Shown piece by piece: positions 25,966 to 30,305 of a DNA stretch of 30,305 bases. Under the pieces are notes generated by a model. That model saw nothing but the letters and a program-made list of their open reading frames with translations, was not told the origin of the DNA and ran no database searches. A program made the position numbers and the translations under genes. This DNA is from Oscillospiraceae bacterium. GTDB taxonomy: Bacteria > Bacillota > Clostridia > Oscillospirales > Ruminococcaceae. Numbering within the stretch: position 1 is the stretch's first letter; the number at the start of each line of letters is the position of its first letter. The DNA is taken from positions 1 to 30,305 of the forward strand of contig JAFUWP010000033.1 of assembly GCA_017483405.1 (NCBI GenBank). The letters are read 5' to 3'.

Positions 25966-26943
25966 CTAGTTCAGAAGCAGATTTCCGCCAAGCGCAGATA
26001 ATACCAGTTTCAGGCTGACACTTGCCTGTGATGCCTCATAAGCTGACTGTACTGCCTGACAAAGCCGTTCCGCACGGGATGCCGTCAGCATTCCTGAAAG
26101 CAGTTCCGCAGACTGCCGGTCACATCCGGTCAGAATATCATCTCTGTATTTCAGCGTACAGGCATCGCGAAACTGCAAAAGCAGTAACTGCAACAGCTTT
26201 TCCGCCTGTACACGGTCTTTTTCATAGCCTGACAGAATTCTTAAAATTTCATATTGTCTTCTCTGTGCGACAGCGAATGTCAGTTCCGATGCGTGACGGG
26301 TCATCTCCTGCATGGAAGTATCTTCCAGCCATCGGAGCGCAAGGCCGATATTTCTGCCTCCTGTCGATTTGATTGCCCTTCCGGCATCTTCCGGCGTACA
26401 GTCATGCTGTTCTGTCAGGGCGCGGAAACAGTCTTCCGGCGTACACGGCCGGATGGCTATCTGCATCATTCGGGAAAGCATCGTTTCCAGAAACGCGCTT
26501 TTCGATACTGCGGTGAATAATAACAAAACATGTTCCGGCGGTTCTTCCGTCAGTTTCAGAAGTGTGTTCTGTGCCGGAATCCCGATATTATCACAATCCG
26601 CAAATAAATAAATCTTCCTGTCGCTGTCATTCGGGGCAACTATGGCATCACGGCAGATTTCCCTGACCGTTTCGACCGAAAAACCCTGTTTTTTGCCGGA
26701 ATGTTCCACAGGAATCAAATCCGGATGGACTCCGTGCAGAATCTTCTGACAGTTCCGGCACGTTCCGCAGGGGGCATCTTCTCCCGTGCATAACACCGTC
26801 ATAGCGAAATATTCCGCGAGCGTTTTCCGTCCCGAACCCTTTTCCCCATAAAACAGACACGCATGGGGAATGTGTCCGTTCTGATGCATTTTCCGCATCA
26901 GATGCAGATTTTCATCATTGCCATAAATGTTCAGACTGCTCAT
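25966..26943 (-). CDS. holB: DNA polymerase III subunit delta'
   Basis: HACLFYGEKGSGRKT, PCGTCRNC zinc motif, HPD, AQNTLLKLTEEPP, L.T..SR. Confidence 0.9.
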   Translation of the reverse strand: MSSLNIYGNDENLHLMRKMHQNGHIPHACLFYGEKGSGRKTLAEYFAMTVLCTGEDAPCGTCRNCQKILHGVHPDLIPVEHSGKKQGFSVETVREICRDAIVAPNDSDRKIYLFADCDNIGIPAQNTLLKLTEEPPEHVLLLFTAVSKSAFLETMLSRMMQIAIRPCTPEDCFRALTEQHDCTPEDAGRAIKSTGGRNIGLALRWLEDTSMQEMTRHASELTFAVAQRRQYEILRILSGYEKDRVQAEKLLQLLLLQFRDACTLKYRDDILTGCDRQSAELLSGMLTASRAERLCQAVQSAYEASQASVSLKLVLSALGGNLLLN

Positions 26944-27257
26944 AATTTTTCAAATCGTTCGACATCCGTCACGAATACCGTTGCACCGCCGACTTCGACT
27001 TCTACCGGCAGTTCGATTCCGGAATTGATGGGCGTACTGTTCGGAACAGTTTTCTTCCGCTTATGGCTTTTTTCACGGATGACGCTGATTAATTCTTCCA
27101 GACGGTCTTCCTCCACGCAGGTCAGAAATGTTGTATTTCCTGCACTCAGGAATCCGCCTGTTGATGCGAGTTTTGTCGCGTAAAATCCGGCATTCAGAAG
27201 TGCTTTTCCGACTGCCTGACTGTCATCACTGTTGACGATGGCAAATACCAGTTTCAT
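26940..27257 (-). CDS. darA: c-di-AMP receptor DarA/PstA (PII-like, YaaQ)
   Basis: MKLVFAIVNSDD, ATKLASTGGFL.AGNTTFL, VEVGGATVFV; upstream of holB. Confidence 0.92.
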   Translation of the reverse strand: MKLVFAIVNSDDSQAVGKALLNAGFYATKLASTGGFLSAGNTTFLTCVEEDRLEELISVIREKSHKRKKTVPNSTPINSGIELPVEVEVGGATVFVTDVERFEKL

Positions 27258-27293
27258 AAATTTAAAAATCCCCTTTCGAGAGTGTCTGTTTCC

Positions 27294-27322
27294 AGTATAG
27301 CATATTTTCAGAAAAAATGCAA
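27294..27322 (-). promoter_or_regulatory. sigmaA promoter for darA-holB-ricT
   Basis: Minus strand TTGCAT-17 nt-TATACT with TGc extension; the -35 overlaps the upstream terminator. Confidence 0.65.
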
Positions 27323-27342
27323 GTCTGTATCACAGACTTGCA
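27312..27342 (-). terminator. Terminator after mccA
   Basis: TGCAAGTCTGT-(3 nt)-ACAGACTTGCA followed by T6 on the minus strand. Confidence 0.75.
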
Positions 27343-27354
27343 AAATTTATCCTG

Positions 27355-28266
27355 TTATTGATATAATCCGGCACTGAAATATCTGTCTCCGCGGTCGGGA
27401 AGGACGGTCACGATTCTGCCCTTGCCGACTTTTTCAGCAAGCTTTACCGATGCCGATAATGCCGCACCTGAACTCGAACCTGCAAAGATACCTTCACGTT
27501 CGGCAAGCAGGCGGGAATACTGAAACGCTTCCTCATCGTTGATTTTAATGACTTCATCGACAAGATTCATATCCATCGTGGCCGCGATGAAATCATTTCC
27601 GATACCTTCGATATTATAATCATGATGTTCGCCGCCGCCCATTGTTGAGCCATCAGGGTCGGCCAGAATTCCTTTAATATCGGGATTTTTTTCTTTCAGA
27701 TAACGCAGAATTCCGGTGTATGTTCCTCCGCTCCCTGCTCCGGCTACGACATAATCTATCTGACCGTCCAAATCTTCATAGATTTCCTTTCCGGTCGTTT
27801 CGTAATGCGCCAGCGGATTGCTTTGATTCTCAAACTGTGCCAGAGAAATCGCATTCGGAATTTCTTTCTTGATTTCTTCCGCCTTGCTGACTGCGCCTAA
27901 CATTCCGAATTCACGGGGGGTATTGATGATTTTCGCCCCCAGTGCCCTGACAAGTGTCTGCTTTTCGATGGAAAATTTATCCGGAATCACAAAAATCACC
28001 TGATACCCTCTGTTCAGTGCCGCGAATGCAATGCCTAATCCCGTATTTCCGGCAGTTGCTTCGACAATGACTCCGCCGGCTTTTAGAAGGCCTTTCCGTT
28101 CGGCATCCTGAATCATATATAAGCCCGTTCTGTCTTTCACACTTCCGGATGGATTGTATAATTCCAGTTTCGCAAATATCTGAATTTCCGGATTCGTCTC
28201 GAAATGATGCAGTCTGACAAGAGGCGTATGGCCGATTAATTCTTGCATAGAATCATAATAATGCAT
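27355..28266 (-). CDS. mccA: O-acetylserine-dependent cystathionine beta-synthase (cysteine synthase family)
   Basis: AKLELYNPSGSVKDR, EATAGNTGLG, KFSIEKQ, VAGAGSGGT, EGIGNDF, GSSSGA. Closely resembles B. subtilis MccA/YrhA as I recall it; adjacent to mccB. Confidence 0.8.
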   Translation of the reverse strand: MHYYDSMQELIGHTPLVRLHHFETNPEIQIFAKLELYNPSGSVKDRTGLYMIQDAERKGLLKAGGVIVEATAGNTGLGIAFAALNRGYQVIFVIPDKFSIEKQTLVRALGAKIINTPREFGMLGAVSKAEEIKKEIPNAISLAQFENQSNPLAHYETTGKEIYEDLDGQIDYVVAGAGSGGTYTGILRYLKEKNPDIKGILADPDGSTMGGGEHHDYNIEGIGNDFIAATMDMNLVDEVIKINDEEAFQYSRLLAEREGIFAGSSSGAALSASVKLAEKVGKGRIVTVLPDRGDRYFSAGLYQ

Positions 28267-28267
28267 C

Positions 28268-29428
28268 TTACTTTACCTCGCTTTTTTCAATTGCCTGCTG
28301 TAAATCTTCCAGAATATCGGCAATATCTTCAATGCCTACTGATAACCGGATTAAGCCGTCTGTAATGCCGACCTGTTTCCGGATTTCTTCCGGAATGGAG
28401 GCATGTGTCATAGTTGCCGGATGGCATACGAGTGATTCGACTCCGCCGAGACTTTCCGCTAACATGATGAGTTTCAGACTCTTGAAGAAGGTTTTAATAT
28501 CATAATTGTCATGCAGTTCAAAAGAAATCATGACACCGCCGTTTTTGGCCTGTTTTTTGTTGATTTCATAACCCTGACCGGATTCCAGTCCGGCATAGTA
28601 CAGATTTCTGACAGCTCGGTGATGCTGAAGGAAATGTACGACTTTTTCAGCATTTTCGACATGTCTGTCCATGCGGACTCCTAATGTCTTGATGCCCCTG
28701 ATTAACAGGAACGAATCGAACGGAGGCAGAACACCGCCTGTCGAATTCTGGATAAAGGCAATCTGTTCGGCGAGTTCCTTTGTCGAAACAACAATCAGTC
28801 CGGAAACGACATCGCTGTGACCGCCGAGATACTTTGTCGCGGAATGTACGACAATATCTGCACCGAGGTCGAGAGGCTTCTGTAAATAGGGGGTCATGAA
28901 GGTGTTATCGACAATCACAAGCAAATCATGCTTATGAGAAATTTCCGAAATTGCCTGAATATCTGTAACTGTCATCAGCGGATTGGCAGGACTTTCAATC
29001 ATAACGGCTTTGACATCGGGGGTAATCTGGGTTTCAAATACTTCCGGATTTGCGGTATCTGCGATAGTATAATTGATATTGAAATGATTGAACACTTTAT
29101 CCAGCACTCTGAATGTACCGCCGTAGACATTGCTGGAAATCAGCACTCTGTCACCGGATTTCAGCAGGCTCAGTACTGCGGTGATGGCCGCCATACCGGA
29201 GGCGAATGCAAATCCTGCATAGCCGTTTTCGAGTTCGGCAATCAGGGCTTCAAGGGCTTCTCTGGTCGGATTGCCTGTTCTGGAATATTCATAGCCGCGC
29301 ATTTCGCCGAGGCCATCCTGTTTATAGGTCGATGTCTGATAAATCGGAATATTGACTGCTCCGGTTCTCTCATCAATAGAAATTCCGCCGTGAATTAATG
29401 CTGTACTGATATTCTTAAACTGACTCAT
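28268..29428 (-). CDS. mccB: Cystathionine gamma-lyase
   Basis: IHGG, GAVNIPIYQTSTY, YEYSRTGNPTR, FASGMAAI, VDNTF.TPY.Q.PL.LGADIVVHSATKY, AESLGGVESL. ATG 29428 after GAAAGGAG. Confidence 0.88.
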   Translation of the reverse strand: MSQFKNISTALIHGGISIDERTGAVNIPIYQTSTYKQDGLGEMRGYEYSRTGNPTREALEALIAELENGYAGFAFASGMAAITAVLSLLKSGDRVLISSNVYGGTFRVLDKVFNHFNINYTIADTANPEVFETQITPDVKAVMIESPANPLMTVTDIQAISEISHKHDLLVIVDNTFMTPYLQKPLDLGADIVVHSATKYLGGHSDVVSGLIVVSTKELAEQIAFIQNSTGGVLPPFDSFLLIRGIKTLGVRMDRHVENAEKVVHFLQHHRAVRNLYYAGLESGQGYEINKKQAKNGGVMISFELHDNYDIKTFFKSLKLIMLAESLGGVESLVCHPATMTHASIPEEIRKQVGITDGLIRLSVGIEDIADILEDLQQAIEKSEVK

Positions 29429-29456
29429 GATAAAAAATCTCCTTTCAAATAAGCAC

Positions 29457-29492
29457 AAAAAACCGGAGAATACAGAAAACTGCATTCTCCGG
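29457..29492 (-). terminator. Leader (attenuator) terminator upstream of mccB
   Basis: Minus strand CCGGAGAATGCAG-TTTT-CTGTATTCTCCGG-TTTTTT: a 13-bp stem whose G-U pair works only on the minus strand. Confidence 0.88.
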
Positions 29493-29536
29493 AAAAATTT
29501 TCAGAATTGTAATTTTATAATAACGATATGATAAAA

Positions 29537-29635
29537 TTACCCTGACACGCGGGAGCTGTTTCTCTGCTTCATAATTATGCAATTATAGTGAGCACAACAG
29601 CAACAACATGCAGTCAGGGTATTCACAGAAAACAT
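29537..29635 (-). CDS. Cys-rich leader peptide MFSVNTLTACCCCCAHYNCIIMKQRNSSRVSG (32 aa)
   Basis: GAAAGGAG RBS 9 nt before ATG 29635; codons TGT TGT TGC TGT TGT at 29608-29594; TAA at 29539-37. Confidence 0.8.
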   Translation of the reverse strand: MFSVNTLTACCCCCAHYNCIIMKQRNSSRVSG

Positions 29636-29696
29636 GAGAAACGACTCCTTTCAGATAAAATCAATAATAATTATATAAGATAACGAACAAACAATA

Positions 29697-30305
29697 TTAT
29701 TCAAACATAGGGGTGGACAGATAACGCTCACCGGTATCCGGCAGAAGTGCGACAATTGTCTTACCCTTGTTTTCCGGACGCTTTGCGAGCTGAATGGCTG
29801 CCCATACGGCCGCACCGGAAGAAATACCTACCAGAACGCCTTCACTTCTGGCGATGAGTCTGCCTGTTTCAAAAGCATCTTCATTTTCAACAGCAATGAC
29901 TTCATCATAAATATCTGTATTCAGTGTTTCCGGAACAAATCCAGCACCGATGCCCTGAATCTTGTGAGGGCCGGAAACGCCTTCACTCAGTACAGGTGAA
30001 CCCTTCGGCTCTACTGCAACAATCTTGACATCCGGATTCTGGGATTTCAGATATGTGCCTACGCCGGTGATAGTTCCGCCTGTGCCGACACCGGATACGA
30101 AAATATCAACTTTGCCATCGGTATCGTTCCAGATTTCCACACCGGTTGTTTTTTCATGTGTGGACGGGTTAGCCGGATTTGTGAACTGGGACGGAATAAA
30201 GCTATCCGGAATTTCTGCGGCAAGTTCCTGTGCCTTTGCGATTGCGCCTTTCATACCCTTTGCGCCTTCTGTCAGTACGATCTCCGCACCATAGGCTTTC
30301 AGGAT
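29697..30305 (-). CDS. cysK: Cysteine synthase A, C-terminal part (5' end outside window)
   Basis: Frame open from the window end: [22 protein letters not shown]..., [39 protein letters not shown]. Confidence 0.95.
   Translation of the reverse strand: MLKAYGAEIVLTEGAKGMKGAIAKAQELAAEIPDSFIPSQFTNPANPSTHEKTTGVEIWNDTDGKVDIFVSGVGTGGTITGVGTYLKSQNPDVKIVAVEPKGSPVLSEGVSGPHKIQGIGAGFVPETLNTDIYDEVIAVENEDAFETGRLIARSEGVLVGISSGAAVWAAIQLAKRPENKGKTIVALLPDTGERYLSTPMFE

Noticed and set aside
29430-29696. T-box or S-box riboswitch in the mccB leader
   Set aside because: No T-box GGTGGNACCGCG-type motif or SAM-I core is visible, and the space is occupied by the leader ORF.
1-30305. Both window ends read ATCCTGAAA inward (9-bp terminal inverted repeat)
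   Set aside because: Both copies lie inside ordinary genes (tatD, cysK) and encode Ile-Leu-Lys in frame. There is no transposase or longer repeat, so this is most likely coincidence or a windowing/assembly effect.

Overview
This is chromosomal DNA from a spore-forming Firmicute, probably Ruminococcus/Oscillospiraceae-like (inferred from gene content, near-consensus sigmaA promoters and an NPXTG-type anchored protein). No prophage, transposase or CRISPR array is visible. Gene order: tatD (partial), secDF; a minus-strand run aminotransferase-hypothetical-trpS-mazG-hup-lipoprotein-S4 protein; a MurJ/SpoVB-like flippase; an [FeFe]-hydrogenase-like protein with a P/Q/N/Y-rich tail; a membrane EAL phosphodiesterase; ispD-ispF-hypothetical; a small ORF plus cysteine desulfurase; cdaA-cdaR; an orphan mazF/ndoA; tRNA-Gln; a two-gene operon (coiled-coil protein plus sigma70 region-4-only protein); a PLP decarboxylase; three surface proteins; darA-holB-ricT; and cysK-mccB-mccA. 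The best signals are intergenic and missed by the ORF track. (1) A 32-codon leader ORF with five consecutive Cys codons, a strong RBS and an intrinsic terminator lies directly upstream of mccB-mccA; this is a candidate cysteine-sensing ribosome-mediated attenuator. (2) A near-perfect sigmaA promoter plus terminator delimits a ~62-nt non-coding RNA with anti-Shine-Dalgarno-like motifs. (3) A perfect LexA (GAAC-N4-GTTC) box sits on the promoter of the sigma-region-4 operon. All RNA pairings were found by eye, not computed.
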